Shown here one piece after another: positions 39,141 through 56,136 of a DNA stretch of 64,000 bases. The notes below the pieces were generated by a model that was not told where the DNA came from, ran no database searches, and saw only the letters and a program-made list of their open reading frames with translations. This stretch comes from Eledone cirrhosa (lineage: Eukaryota). The position numbers and the translations under genes were made by a program. How positions within the stretch are numbered: position 1 is the first letter of the stretch; every line of letters begins with the position of its first letter. The stretch spans positions 9,548,001 through 9,612,000 of the forward strand of contig OZ024757.1 of the NCBI GenBank assembly GCA_964016885.1. Reading direction: 5' to 3'.

Positions 39141-40227
39141 CTATATATATATATACTCTATCAAATGGAAGAAGTATACTGCCATATATTGAAGATTACT
39201 ACAATATCTAGGGAGCGAAGGACAATATATGCCAGACATTCCTACCAATGAATTGATGAGCTGGCTCCTGTGGTGGATACCTAAACATAGTAAGACCCTA
39301 GTGAGATGACTGAAAATGACCTACATAGATCAGATGTCTAGGGATGTTCAGGTAGGGATTAATGATCTCAAGAATGCCACAAAATAATAATATATATTAA
39401 TGAACATTTATTATGCTGAAATATGTTGGAAATTGGAAAAAATGAAATTTCATTTCTCACTCTTAGTACGGCAGATACTTAAATATAAGTATGTATACGT
39501 ACATACTTATATGTATTCAGACGTACAGTAGTATGTATATACATACATGCACACATATATATATATATGTACGTATGGGTTTACCAAATATTTATTATAA
39601 TGCCGTACAGTGTTCGGCAACCATCGTTGCCCTTTTGTTCAACACTGACAAAGGAACGATGAACTAGTTTCTAGCTTATTAACTGTCATCAACACCGTAT
39701 ACCTTCCTGTTAACTGATTGAACGTCTGAAAGTATATACTTTCCTTATGCATATTAATGGCTGAGCAGCCTAATTTGAATATTGAGTGAGTTAGTTGGCC
39801 GGGCGCACCTAAAGCATGAAAAACATGGAAAAACATGAAATTTCATTTCTCACTCTTAGTACGGCTGTTACTTAAATATAAGTATGTTCAACATTTTACA
39901 GGACAGGAAAATATTAGTTTCATCAGAAATCAGTGAACATTTAGTTTTTACTAACTTTTCTTGACTTTATATTTGGTCTTGACAACTAAAGTACGTATTA
40001 TTTCCTTTTCCACCACAACACAAACATTGTGAACTTTTCTATCTGAAGTGAAATATCTTGATTTATTACAACACCTACACACACATTTCTACACACACGT
40101 CTATTTATTTCTCTCTTTCATACCTACACACTGTATGTATATATATGTATATATATTAACCTTCATCTTTTGTAATTATGAATATTAATTCTCTTGTCAC
40201 CTGAACTGTCCTCAATAACAAGAACCT

Positions 40228-40857
40228 TAATATATTTTATCTAGTCTAGAAGAATGAAATATAAAATTTACCTCAGTGGGATTTGAACTCAGAATATTAA
40301 AAACCAGGACAAATACTGCAATGGTAGGTTATCTGACACTCTACCAATTCTGTCATTCTACCATCTTTGTTTAAATCTATATTAAAGTAAATGTAGAATA
40401 TATTTGTCCTTCTACCATTTGAAATTCTACTGAAATCATCTCAGAACAACACAGTTGTGTTTCAATAAAGCTGTTATTTATTAAATCATTTATTTAAACC
40501 GTCCGTATCTGGCCAGAATTCTCTGACATTTTCTGTTCTAACTGGCCCTAACAGGCTGCTCATGCTGATGTTAAGGTATTGTTCCCAAAATAAATAATTT
40601 CAAAATCTCATAGATTCAATATTTTGTGAGATAATTATGTTTACTGGGAAAATATAATAGTAAATATAGAGTAACGTTAATGATAAAGGCTTAACTAAAC
40701 CTAGAAGAAAACCAGACGTTACTGGATATTAATTCAGTGATTAGTGCTAAGGGAGACAACACCGTCTGGCTTAAATTAAGTCCCAGGTTAGTATGGTCAA
40801 GTAAACTTGTAATTAAAGGTTTTCCTGCCGTGACAATAAACTATAATGGCATATATA

Positions 40858-40900
<43 letters not shown>

Positions 40901-41085
40901 TAGTAATAAACGGAAGATATATACTTTATAGCATCTCTATTTATTTCATTTTATATATTTCGAAGATGCAAAGTTTAATGTATAACAGGAAGCAACACAT
41001 GTTCTCCTTAGAGAAAATACAGAGAAAATGTATAATTTTTTACTGATATGTTGGTAGACAAACGAACTGGACAGATTGATGACCA
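40228..41085 (-). repeat. Inverted segmental duplicate of 16041-16900
   Basis: Reverse-complement match throughout; ORFs 16079-16282 (-) and 40846-41046 (+) are nearly identical. Confidence 0.92.
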
Positions 41086-41088
41086 CCG

Positions 41089-41128
<40 letters not shown>

Positions 41129-41415
41129 TATACTCAAATAATTGATTCTACTTTTGGCACAAGGCCAGCAATTACCCAGTACATTACTGGTACTTTATTT
41201 TATTGACCCCGTAAGGATGAAAGGCAAAGTTGACCTCGGCGGGATTTGAACTCAGAATGGAAAGGACCGTAACTCTATGCGTCAAAGCATGGCGTCCGAC
41301 CCTCTACCGATACTGCCAATCTACATTTGATGTGTTTTGATTCATTATTTGAGTATATAACACATCAAATATGTTTGTGTTTCTCAATAAGGAGGCTCAA
41401 TAGACTTTATCTAGA

Positions 41416-41431
41416 GCCATAACAACCAAAT

Positions 41432-41521
<90 letters not shown>

Positions 41522-41538
41522 ATAACAACCAAATATAA

Positions 41539-41583
<45 letters not shown>

Positions 41584-41652
41584 CATATCAACCAAATACA
41601 AAGATATATATATATATAGAGAGAGAGAGAGACATAACAACCAAATACAAAG

Positions 41653-41685
<33 letters not shown>

Positions 41686-41752
41686 CCTAACAGCCATATA
41701 CAAAGATATATATATATAGAGAGAGAGAGAGAGACATAACAACCAAATACAA

Positions 41753-41801
<49 letters not shown>

Positions 41802-41819
41802 CATAACAACCAAATACAG

Positions 41820-41864
<45 letters not shown>

Positions 41865-41885
41865 CATAACAACCAAATACAAAGA
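41416..41885. repeat. Higher-order minisatellite, 8 units (inverted paralog of 12139-12375)
   Basis: Unit (GA)n-CATAACAACCAAATACAAAG-(AT)n. Confidence 0.92.
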
Positions 41886-43341
<1,456 letters not shown>

Positions 43342-43550
43342 ATAATAATAAATTTGAAGACTAAAATGCAGCGATTCTTTTCTTAAACTTTAATCTGTTA
43401 TTTTACTAAATATATATATATATATATAATTGATTTTGGATGCTTAAAGCGTCCATATGCAGTAGGCCGTTTGAGCACTCGATGCTCTCATAGAGCAGAG
43501 TATATCACAGAAAAAGAGAGAATCAGTGTTGCGATGAGTGGAATTTAGTG

Positions 43551-43640
43551 GACATATTACAATCGTCTCTCTGGCGACCAGCTCTGGGTACAATCGATGT
43601 GATGATCGAACCTGAAAATCTCAAGGTCCTCAGATACGTC
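43551..43640 (-). ncRNA. Degenerate minimal hammerhead ribozyme (minus strand)
   Basis: 7-bp stem I GACGTAT/ATATGTC; CTGAGGA; GAGA (for GAAA); CGATTG (near-palindrome); TA. Stem II junction is poor. Confidence 0.55.
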
Positions 43641-43769
43641 TTGATTCTATGATATATATACATATATCTGAAGGGCAGTGCCCCAGCATGGCCTCAGCCA
43701 GATAGCTGGAACACGTAAAAGAGTAAAAGAATATAATACATACGTGTATATTCCTATATTGTATTTATC

Positions 43770-46098
43770 CTCATCATAATTTAAACTCCAATTTACATGC
43801 TAGCATGGGTCAGACGAGTTGTCCTATTGTGTGAAAACTTAGATCAAATAACCCTGCCTTGCTCATGCAAGAACCATTTCTGGTTGGATTGTACGGCTGG
43901 ATGCCCTTGCTAACTCCAACCACATTTACAGGGTGGATTTGGTATTTATTGTTGTGTTGCTAACATGACCAACCTACAGAGTGGACTGGATGCTTTTTGC
44001 TGCTCTTTTTCATGTCATCAATTTGAAGGGTGGTTCGGGTCCCTTCAGTCTTGCCACTAGCATGACCACTTTACAGGGTGGGCTAGAGGCCTCCTGTCTA
44101 CATCACTGGGTGAACTGGGTGCTTATTTGTCATGTCACCAGCATGACTAACTTGCAGGGAGGGTTAGGTGCTCTTTTGTCATATTACCTAACAGAGAGGA
44201 CTCGGTGCTCTTTTGTCATGACACTTGCATGACCACCTTACAGGGTTGCCTGAGGGCTTTTAGCCATTTAAGCAGCATTGGGGGAGAGCATGTTAAGCTT
44301 TCCATAATTGTATACATGGGTTGGTCAAGAAAGGTGTATCAGATGTGAAAGTGGGGGTGGGGTTTGTGTGTATGTAGGGTGGGGATTGGAGAGGTAGGTC
44401 AGGGTGGAGTACTTAGCTGGTAAGTGGGTGGAGTGTTAAGATGTGGGGAGGAGGAAAATTAGAGCATACTTCAAACCACTAAATGTTGTGTCAACCCGTG
44501 GACATGGGAATGCAGGTCTCCTGCAGTACTGCATAACGCTAGAGATTTCAATCCTGTCATCACCTTTGAGAGGTACAATGGTGTCAGGTCAGTTTTTACC
44601 TCCTCACCCCAAGCTTTCCTAGGTCTTACTCTTCCATCAATTTCAAGCGGTCAACCTTTTAAACAACATCTCTACCTTCATACACATCACATGCCCATAC
44701 CACAGCAATCTCCTCTCCTGCATACTGTATCTTATCCCTCTCATGCCCAGGTTTTCTCTCAGATTATTTACACTTTGCTCTTCAAGTATATTAGTATTAC
44801 ACATCCATCGGAGAATTCAAGCTTCATTTCTATCCAATCTTCGGAGGTCCTCTGCACACACCGCCCACATCTCACTGCAATGCAACATTGCTGTTCATAT
44901 GCAGACATCAATTTGATGAAACAACCTTTTGTAGCTAGCAGCAGTAGTAGCACCATAAACCTCTGCCATCTTGTTCAACTCTGGTTACTGTACTTTCAGA
45001 ACACCTACCTCCACTGCTAATTTGGTCACCTTGGTAACAGAAACTGTCAACTCTTTCTACAGAATCCCTGAAATATTTGATAGAGCTTGTCTCCTAAAAG
45101 GGATTGCGTCTCACTGCTCCAGTGCATGACCCCTTGTAAAACCTACGTTCTTAGCTAACTCACTATGTATCCCACTAAATCTCTGGTGTACCCATAGGCT
45201 CTTTAGAGTAAATAATGTTTCATACACATAACATGTATGTGTGACCATTGGTTCCCTATTCCACTTATGGCCAGCACTGTTTAATGGGGGGGGGGCATTT
45301 CCAAACAGACTCTTCATTAGGCATGCTGACAAATATTAAAAGGAAGTTCTTTCCTCCAACAATTTTCATCCCAAACAGAGGAGAGTTTCATATTGTCAAA
45401 AAGGGAGGTAAATCTTTAGTGGTGGAATTGTCAGGCTTAATTAAATATGTAATTAGATACACATAGAAGTGGTTGATAGCTTTTGCAATCTAGGTGACTT
45501 AATTAGCAGTGGATGAGGCTGCTCTGAAAGATGAATAGCTAGAATAAGGAAAGGATGGAAAAAGTTTAGAGAGCTACTGCAACAGTTGACCACAAAAGGT
45601 TTCTCTCTCTGTACAAAAGGACGACTGTATGACACATGTGGGTGATGTGCAATGATGCATGGTAACGAAACAAGGGTGTGACTGCAGAGGATATGTAGAC
45701 TGGAGAGAAATGAAACAACCATGTTTTGTAGAATATGTTATGTAAGTGTAAGGGAAAGGCAGAGCTTGGACGAGTTCAAGAAGAAGCTGGGTTTAAGAGT
45801 GATCTGAAGTGGTGTGTAAGAGAGAAGACTGTGTTTGTACGACATGTGATACACATGGATAATGACCGCTGGGTGATGAAGTGCCAGGACATCCCAGTAG
45901 AAGGAAACCATAGTAGAGGTAGACCAAGAAAGACCTGGACAGAGTCTGTGTGAACTGACTTCAAATAATTGACTCTCACAGAGGAGATGACAAAGGAACA
46001 TGACAAGTGGAAAGATGCCATGTTGAGAAGTACATGTCCAACCAAAGCAAGCATGGAAATACAGACATAAAAACAGTGATGATGTTGATGAAGATGAC
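43770..46098. mobile_element. Two old RTE fragments in divergent orientation (43770-45330 minus; 45455-46098 plus)
   Basis: Degenerate RT C-terminal fragments (LLATKG, RGRPRKTW) and tails at both outer ends. Confidence 0.75.
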
Positions 46099-46369
46099 GT
46101 ACATACACACACATATATAATCAAATACTTATATACAAACACAGATAAATATATACATAGACACACATACATTCACATATATATAGCGTATGTAAATTCT
46201 GAACAATACAGTTTTGTCAGCAAAACTCTTGGTTACAACTTCTACAAATAAAATGAAAGGAGAAGAATTTCTTAGTAAAACAGTTTTATTCAAAATATTA
46301 ACAACATTGGGGGCACTATTTCAGGTGAGTGACATGGTTTTTATCTAATTGTGTTGCATTAAGTAATCT

Positions 46370-46600
46370 TTATAAGAGAATGATTTACCACAGATATCAC
46401 AATGATATAGTTCCTCTCCTGTAGATGTTAGTGTGTAGTGAAGTCAGAACATTTAGAGAAAGATTTACCACAGACATGACAGTGATATGGTTCCTCTCCT
46501 GTAGATGTTAGTGTCTAGTGGAGCCACAACATTTAGAGAATGATTTACTAAATATATCAAAGTGATATGGCTTGCCGCTGTATCTGTTAGACTCGCAGTG
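46370..46600 (-). pseudogene. Decayed C2H2 fingers separated from the 47908 array by an insertion
   Basis: Remnants of [10 protein letters not shown] with stops; AATAAA on the minus strand near 46285. Confidence 0.7.
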
Positions 46601-47333
46601 ACTAACAACAGAATGTTTTAAGTCTGTATGTCTAACATATATGCGTATCTTGTGAATAAAAAATTCAAGGGGTTTCGCTGGCCGCGCTCATCCCTCCCAA
46701 ACATGTTTTGTAATGTTTCGTCATATTGGCTAATTTCATCGTCTTATTGGCTAATCAACCAATGAGAGTAATTGTTGCTCAAAAGCATCCGCCATGTTGA
46801 TTGCACGTTTATTTATCGATTCGCTTTTGAATCTTCCTCCTGTATTTCGTGGTTTATCATCAAAATATTTTTCTCATTTTGGTAAGTTATATTGTTAATT
46901 TATATATGATTTTTTAAATTTATATTAACTATTTTTTTTTCAGTTCGTTATAACATGCTTATAATATTGATTGTATCATATTTACTTGTATATATGTCCA
47001 TATTATTGTTCGTTTTATGTTAGATTATTTTATTATTATTATGTTAGATTATTTTTTTATTATTATGTTAGACTATTTGTATGTAATATTTAATTTTTAT
47101 TAATTCAACTATAATAATTATTATGTAAAATATATTTATTTAATATTGATTGTTTTTTGTAGTTGTTTATATTAAAAGTCTGAAAATATTTTAATACAAC
47201 TTACAATAATATTTATAAGATCATTTATAAAATAACAATTATATAATCTAATTACATTGCAACTATAATTTATTATTAATATATATCATGTTTAACTAGA
47301 GTTATTACAAGCGTTGACTTAAAAAAATATTAA

Positions 47334-47779
47334 ACTAGACCTGTAAAATGCGCAAGCTCAAAAGAGCCACAGAATGTTATAATAAACCTTCAAAAGTGTG
47401 AGACTAGAGTTGTTGCTCAAAAATATTGTAACCATTATCTATCGTACACTCTGTGGCATCCTTTTATAAAAAAGAGACTCATAACGAACTTAAGACGACA
47501 CGATCATTATTTAAGTGAATTTATAATATAGAATTCGGTTTAAGTGAATTTCGTATTAATCATTACTAAACATCTAATATGAGATATTGAACATTAGCTT
47601 AAATAATTATCGCGTCGTCTTGAATTCGTTATGAGTCTCTTTTTTATAAAAGGATGCCACAGAGTGTACGATAGATAATGATTACAATATTTTTGAGCAA
47701 CAACTCTAGTCGCACACTTTTGAAGGTTTATTATAACATTCTGTAGCTCTTTTGAGCGTGCGCATTTTTCAGGTCTAGT
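47334..47779. mobile_element. Fold-back/MITE with ~182-bp inverted arms
   Basis: ACTAGACCTG..ATTTAAG (47334-47515) and its reverse complement (47598-47779), ~80-bp spacer. Confidence 0.85.
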
Positions 47780-47907
47780 ATTTATGTTTGTGTGTAGTTA
47801 ATGTAACATTCAAAGAGAATGATTTCCCTCAGATGTCACAAGATATGTATTTGTATTCTCATTAATTCACAAATTTGAGGGAATGATTTATCACTGATGT
47901 CAATGAG

Positions 47908-49354
<1,447 letters not shown>

Positions 49355-49701
49355 AATTATTACTCCTTCAACAGAATATACAAATGTTTTACTTGTAATA
49401 TCTTTTATATTATATTCCTAAAAAATATATCGTCTATATTTCCCTCAACTATATTTCAATTAATCTCTGAAGATAATACAAACTTCTTTTTCATCCAAGT
49501 TAAGTTAAAATACAAAACCATCTTATAGTGAAGAAAATAAACTCAGTTTTGAGGAAATATTTTACAGTAATACGACGAGAGATTTATATAAACAGGGTTA
49601 TATAAGTTGTGTTTAGAAAGTTTTAGTCTTCAAATGATGATAAATAGAGGTGATGTATCCAAGATTGAAAATAAAAATGTATCCCAATGTCATCTGATAT
49701 T

Positions 49702-49722
49702 CTGAAATAAGAAAGAAACAGT
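49702..49722 (-). promoter_or_regulatory. Probable 3' splice acceptor upstream of the 49354 start
   Basis: Minus strand CTGTTTCTTTCTTATTTCAG|AAT. Confidence 0.5.
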
Positions 49723-51749
49723 ATGAGATAATACAGAATACTTTAGAAACAGAGATAGATTTCATCATCATCATTTCATTTTACGTCCGCTTTTTACCTG
49801 CTTGCAAGGGTGGGACGGGAACTGATTCTGGCTTGATTTCTACAGCTGGATGCCCTTCCTAACACCAACCTCATTTACAGTGAGTGCTGAGTGCTTTTTT
49901 TCCGTAGCGCCTACACGACCACTTTGCAGTGGAATGATATGGACCATATCATCTCATTTCTACAGCTGAGTAAACTGGAGCAATGTGAAATAAAGTGTCT
50001 TGCTCAAGGAAACAACACAGTGGAAATTTTATATTTCTATATTGGTAAACTGTAGATATCAACTTTCCTGTCCAGAGTAATTCTCTCCAATATAAACAGT
50101 AGTATTCCAGCATGTTATATAAATTATATCCTATCTCTTCAGAGGTCTGCTCTATGGCAGTTTAGCAAACAATTAATTCTTATAGGACTTATAAGAAAGA
50201 AACAGTGTGAGATAATAGAGAATACTTAAAATACAGGGATAGATTTAACAGTGGAAACTTTACATATTTACCTGCCTCGAAGACGTTACTTCTTCCCTAA
50301 TATAAGTCTCAAAAATCTACCATACGTCCCGGAGGCCGAAGGTTGTTTATTATTGTTTTTCAAAAATGTCGTGACTTCGGCACCGGTAAATACGGTACAT
50401 TGGTAAACTGTAAAAATATACCTGTGTGATGTTTATTTATATAAACCAAGGCTATATATATGTCAAACTACAGCTGTACCATGACTATAGTGGTGTCATC
50501 TAGTACAGGGCCCCCAAACTATGGTAACCTTGTGAGATGGGTTTGGCATGGCCGACTGGCTACCCTCCCCATAGTGGCGCAGACAACTGGCCAGCCCTTA
50601 TCGTAACTGTACCATCCAGTACCAGTCCACATAACTATGCTAACCTCATGAAAAGGGTTAGGCCCATCTGGCTGGCCACCCCTTCTCATAATGGTGCCAC
50701 CCAGTACCAGGCCCCAAAATTATAGTTGCACTGTGAGATGGGTTGAGTGCAGCCAACTGGCCTGTCCCTCCTCATAACAGAGCCATCCAGTTCCACACTG
50801 TAAACATGGTTGGTGTTAGGAAGGGAATCCAGCTGTTAAATACCCGACCAAATTTACAGACCTCATCTGAGCCAGGTGCAACACATGGCCAACCCAGGCC
50901 AGACTTGCCTCCTGGCGTGGATGACCCGTCTAACCCATGCAAGAATGGAAAAATGGACGCTAAATAGAGATGACACAGACATATATATATATCCCACCCA
51001 CACTGGACATGTAGAAGACACAGCAAAAAGCACCCAGCCCACACTGTAAAGTGGACATGTAGGTGTCTTGGCAAAAGCACCCAGTCCACACTGTCAATGT
51101 GATTGGCGTTAAGAAGGGTATCCAGCCGTAGAAAGCTAGCCAGAAACACCCTATATGAGTGAGACACGGTCACCTGACCCAAATTGCCTCTAAATGGGAC
51201 CCGTCTAACCCATGCTAGTGTGGAAGATGGACGTTAATTGATGATGATTATATATAATAAAATGTAGTTTACTTCAAGCATTCTATATAATATATAACGT
51301 TGAAAGAGATAGAAGGCTAAACAAGGCAAAATGGACTGTAAGATGAGGTAAGGAAAAGTAAAAGTTACCTTGTAATCTTTGTTTTGTTATTTTTGTTGTT
51401 GTTGTTCTTTTATTTGTCCAATATTTTGGGTCCTAACAGTCCTTTCTTCAGGGTTTAACCCTTTAACATTTACACTATTCTATATACACTATTATATTTC
51501 CATGGTAAAGTCTTTACCTCACATAATATCGAATCTATGAGATTTTGATATTATTTACATTGAGTACAATACCTTAACATCAGTATGAGTGGCCAATTAC
51601 GGCTGTTTTAAAAAGAAAAGGTAGACAAAATTCTGGCCAGTTATGGCCAGTTTAAATGTGAAAGGGATAAGCAACTTTCATTGGATAATGTTCCAATTTC
51701 CTCTCTTTGGGATTAAATCTTTTCTAAGTCGTTTTCAAGCATTTTATAA

Positions 51750-52178
51750 AATTGATGGAAGCTGTGAAGTAGGAAGACCTGGGATGAGGTGATAAAAGCT
51801 GACCTCACACAATTGATGGAAGCTATGAAGTAGGAAGACCTGGGATGAGGTGATAATAGCTGACCTCACACAATTGATGGAAGATGTGAAGTAGGAAGAC
51901 CTGGGATGAGGTGATAAAAGCTGACCTCACACAATTGATGGAAGCTATAGTGTAGGAAGACCTGGGATGAGGTGATAAAAGCTGACCTGACACAATTGAT
52001 GAAAGCTATGAAGTAGGAAGACCTGGGATGAGGTGATAAAAGCTGACCTCACACAATTGATGGAAGCTATGAAGTAGGAAGACCTAGGATGAGGTGATAA
52101 AAGCTGACCTCACACAATTGATGGAAGCTGTGGAGTAGGAAAACCTGGGATGAGGTGATAAAAGCTGACCACACAATT
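51750..52178 (+). repeat. 61-bp tandem repeat x7 derived from RTE ORF C-terminal sequence
   Basis: Unit AATTGATGGAAGCTATGAAGTAGGAAGACCTGGGATGAGGTGATAAAAGCTGACCTCACAC (RKTWDEVIKADL); continues into RTE 3' sequence to about 52250. Confidence 0.95.
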
Positions 52179-52518
52179 CTCAAAGACAATGACACAGGAT
52201 TGAGATATTTGGTGTTATACAGTAATATAGAAGACCAGCCTTCCCTAGCATGGGTATCAATGACTCCCACATGGACATCAATACACATCTATATATACAC
52301 ATATTACTATATACACACCTAACATATCAAAGACACCCGTCGGTCACGAATGACCATGTGATTGGCAACTAGAAAGTTCCCCTCTGAGGCACAAGTCTGG
52401 TTGTTTGAGGAAGACCAGCAGTCACCCAAGTATACCAGTCTACCCTCTCCATGCCACAGATGTTGTCCAAGGGAAAGGTAATGGCTGATACAGCTCGGAA
52501 CATCACTACATATATATA

Positions 52519-53395
52519 CGAGGTGTGTCAGAAAAGTTCCAGGACTGATGTCACATAAAATTTATTTCAAGAGTTATCTCCTTCAAAGTAATCCCCCTGG
52601 AGTATGTAACTGTAATCTTAGCTCTCTGCAGTGATCAAACTTTTTTCTTCATCATTTTATATACATGTCCTCTGTTTCAGGTCGTCAAGCAATGAGCACA
52701 GAGCAATGAACAAACTTGAAAACTCCGTCAGAAACACTGGGATTGCTGCAGCAAGTGTATGGAGATTAGACGATGTCACCTTCACGTGTTTTTGAGTGGT
52801 GCAAGAGGTTTAAAGAAGGATGCGACGACGTGGAAGATGACCCCAGGAGCGGAAGGCTCTCAACAACCAGGACTGAGGTCAACGTTGAGCGCGTCAGGCA
52901 GATGGTGCGTAGCAATCGTCGGCTGACTGTTCGACTGATGGCAAATGAGCTGGGCATGAATCGGGACAACGTCTGGAAGATTCTCACTGAAGATTTGGAC
53001 ATGCGGAAAGTCTGCGCGAAGATGGTGCCAAAACTGCTGAACGATGACCAGAAGGGTCGACGCCTGCAAGTGTGCCAGGACATCCTCGAGTGGCTTGAAA
53101 CTGAACCAGACTTGCTAGGGACAGTCATCACCGGTGATGAGTCATGGATCTTCGAGTACGACCCGGAGGGGACCCATTTTGAAGACGTGGACAACATCAA
53201 AAATGCTATGATGATGGAACTGTGAAGGGTCCTGGAAGAATCCTTCCAGCAGTGCATGCAAGCGTGGTAGAAAATGATGGAAAAGTGCATTAGACTCCAG
53301 GGCATTACTTTGAAGGAGAAAACTCTTAGTGTGAAGTTTGGGTTTGAAATAAATTTTTTGTGACATCAGTCCTGGAACTTTTCTGACCCACCTCA
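52519..53395 (+). mobile_element. Internally deleted mariner (Tc1/mariner) transposon
   Basis: ~50-bp TIRs CGAGGTGTGTCAGAAAAGTTCCAGGACTGATGTCAC.. flanked by TA. ORF 52773-53225 has DDPRSGR, AKMVPKLL and TGDESWIFEYDPE, then jumps to the C-terminal F.DV..IK motif. Confidence 0.93.
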
Positions 53396-54061
53396 TATAT
53401 ATATTATATATATATATATATTATATATATATATTTACACTGTCTACATTATATATCATACACTATATATGTTGTCCATGGGAAACTCAATGGCTGATAA
53501 GCTTGACACTAGTGACATCACAACATATATATACACTATATTATATATACACTGTGTACAATATATATATACAATATATATGATGTTGTCCAAGGGAAAG
53601 GCAATGGCTGACACAGCTTGACACCAGTGACATCACAACATATATATATATATAACTTATATCCCAGACTTCCATAGATTATTTCTATTCTACAGCTATC
53701 TCTCTTCCCCAGTTTCAAAATGTTCTGTTTACGTTATTATTATTATCATTCACTTGTTACCACAACGTATATACTTAGACCTTGATTTTGATATAAACCA
53801 TGTTGGACATTGTCTCTTTCTCTACAAACTCATCCCTAACCCCCACCATTACCTCCCCTTTCTCTTTCGGTGTTTACGAAGCTAGGTGACCATCTTCGAA
53901 ATTCTTGCATACTTACCTTGTCTAATATGTCTACTTATATCTGCTTATTTCACCCAAATCTCCTGTGATGATATATGTCATGATGGCTACTTATCTCACA
54001 TTTTCCCACTCACCAGCATAGGCTATTTGACCAATCAAACCTCAGCGACATGTCCTTACCC

Positions 54062-54400
54062 ATTACCAGCCCCAGCAAACTCTGTCATTACTACTACTGT
54101 CCTTCTAGCCCTTACCAGCCCCAACAAACTCTGCCATTACTACTACTGTCCTTCCCTTTACCAGCCACAACAAACTCTGCCATTACTACTATTGTCCTTC
54201 TAGCCCTTACCAGCCCCAACAAACTGCCATTACTACTACTGACCTTCTAGCCCTTACCAGCCCCAACAAACTCTGCCATTACTGCTACTGTCCTTCTGGC
54301 CCTTACAAGCTCCAACAAACTCTGCCATTTCTACTACTGTCCTTCTAGCCCTTACCAGCCCCAAGAAACTCTGCCATTACTACTACTGTCCTTCTAGCCC
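54062..54400. repeat. 49-bp minisatellite, about 7 copies
   Basis: Unit CTTACCAGCCCCAACAAACTCTGCCATTACTACTACTGTCCTTCTAGCC. Confidence 0.93.
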
Positions 54401-54429
54401 TGCACCAAAGAATTCTTGTTCACCATTAT

Positions 54430-56120
54430 GTATGGAGGAGCGAAAGATAAATGGAACAACCCCGAATAAATAAATGAATATGAATCCGCAAGTTACCAAG
54501 CTCCCATGCGAAGCTTTAATTCAGAGACAGGAAGCATACACACTCCCCTGCAAAAATTCACCCTCTCCCACAAATGATGGCAAATGTCCAAAACTCTGAG
54601 TTTGAACCATCAACATAAGCACAATGAAAGGAAGGGAAGGAGAAATTATAGACATGCTAGAGTGAAAGGATATTGACGTATGCTGTGTGCAAGAGACTAG
54701 ATGGAGAGCACAGTCCACTAGAGTCCTTGTAGGCAAAAGTCAGTGCTATAAATTTTTCTGGGTGGGAAATGACAATGGGATGGGTGGTGTAGGTATACTA
54801 TTAACTGAGAAATGGGTAGATAAGGTATTGTTAACCAGGTAATACTAGAGGGTGTCATACTAAAGGATAGGTGCAGCAGCATCATCGTCAACTGTTACAA
54901 GGGTAAAGTAGATGCACTAGATAGAAGAAACTATAGAGGTATAAAGCTGATGGACCAGATCATGAAAGTAATGGAACGAGTCATAGCACAGATGATCAGC
55001 GGCTGGGTAAAACTAGGTGAGATGCAGTTTCGGTTGTTGCAGGAAAAAGCACCACTGGTGCCCTCTTCCTTGTGAGGCAGTTACAGGTAAAGTACCTAGA
55101 TAAAAGCAAGCTGCTCTCCCTGGCTTTTGTCGATATGGAAACAGTCTTCAACAGAGTGCCCCGTGAAATAATCTGGTGGGCTCTTAGAAAACTAGGAGTA
55201 GATTAGTGGCTTGTGAAAGCTGTACAAGCCATGTATAGGGGACATGTCAGTAAAGTTAGGCTTAACAATTACTATAGCGAGGAATTTAGCATACAAGTCG
55301 GTGTCTACCAGGGCTCTGTTCTTAGCCTTCTCCTGTTTATAATAGTATTGCAGGCTATAACAGAAGAGTTTAAGACCTGATGCCCATAGGAACTCCTATA
55401 TGTGGATGATCTTACACTTATAGCTGAATCTATGGCAGAACTAAAGAAACAAGCACCACCAAACTCTGGAAGAGTTCTGTAGAAACAATAGACAGCTTTT
55501 GCTACCTAGGTGACCAAATGAGCAGCGGAGGTGGGTGTTCTGAAAGTACAGTAACCAGTGTAACAACAGGATTGAAGAAGTTTAGGGAGCTACTGCCACT
55601 GCTAGCTGCAAAAGGCTTTTCCCTCAAAATGAAAGGCAGACTGTATGATGCGTGCATACGAACATCAATGCTACATGGTAGTGAGACCTGGGCGCTGTCT
55701 GTAGAAGACTTGCGTAGATTAGAAAGAAACGAATCTTGCATGCTCCGATGGATGTGTAATAGTAATATACGCGAACAGCAAAGCATTAACAAATTGAGAG
55801 AGAGACTGAGCATAAGAGGAATCAAATGCTGTGTGCAGCAGAGGAAGTTGTGTTGTAGCCCCTGGGTACAAGCCGAAGCACATAGACAATATGCCCCCAC
55901 CCACTCCCACTGTAAAGTGGCCATGGAGGTGTCACAACAAAAAAGACCCCATCACTCACTGTGAGGTTGGTGTTAGGAAGGGCATCCAGCTGTAGAAATC
56001 AAGCCAAAATCGGTTCCCATTTGAGCAAGACAAGGTCACCCCACCTGGCACTGCCCACAACAGGACAACCTGTCTAACCCATACTACCGTGGAAGAAGGG
56101 ACGTAAAACGGTGATGATGA
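54430..56120 (+). mobile_element. RTE LINE with large internal deletions (retains 5' APE start and 3' tail)
   Basis: TINISTMKGREGEII..DIDVCCVQETRWR, then RT pieces, ORF 55518-55964, and a (GAT)n tail near 56112. Confidence 0.85.
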
Positions 56121-56136
56121 TATACATATATTTACA

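Noticed and set aside
39640-39740. Hammerhead-like CTGACAA-AGGAAC..GTTTCT
   Set aside because: Core is mutated and there is no correctly placed GAAA or stem I.
51750-52178. Regular repeat arrays resembling CRISPR (also 6478-6680, 41416-41885, 54062-54400)
   Set aside because: Head-to-tail tandem units without unique spacers, no cas genes, eukaryotic context.
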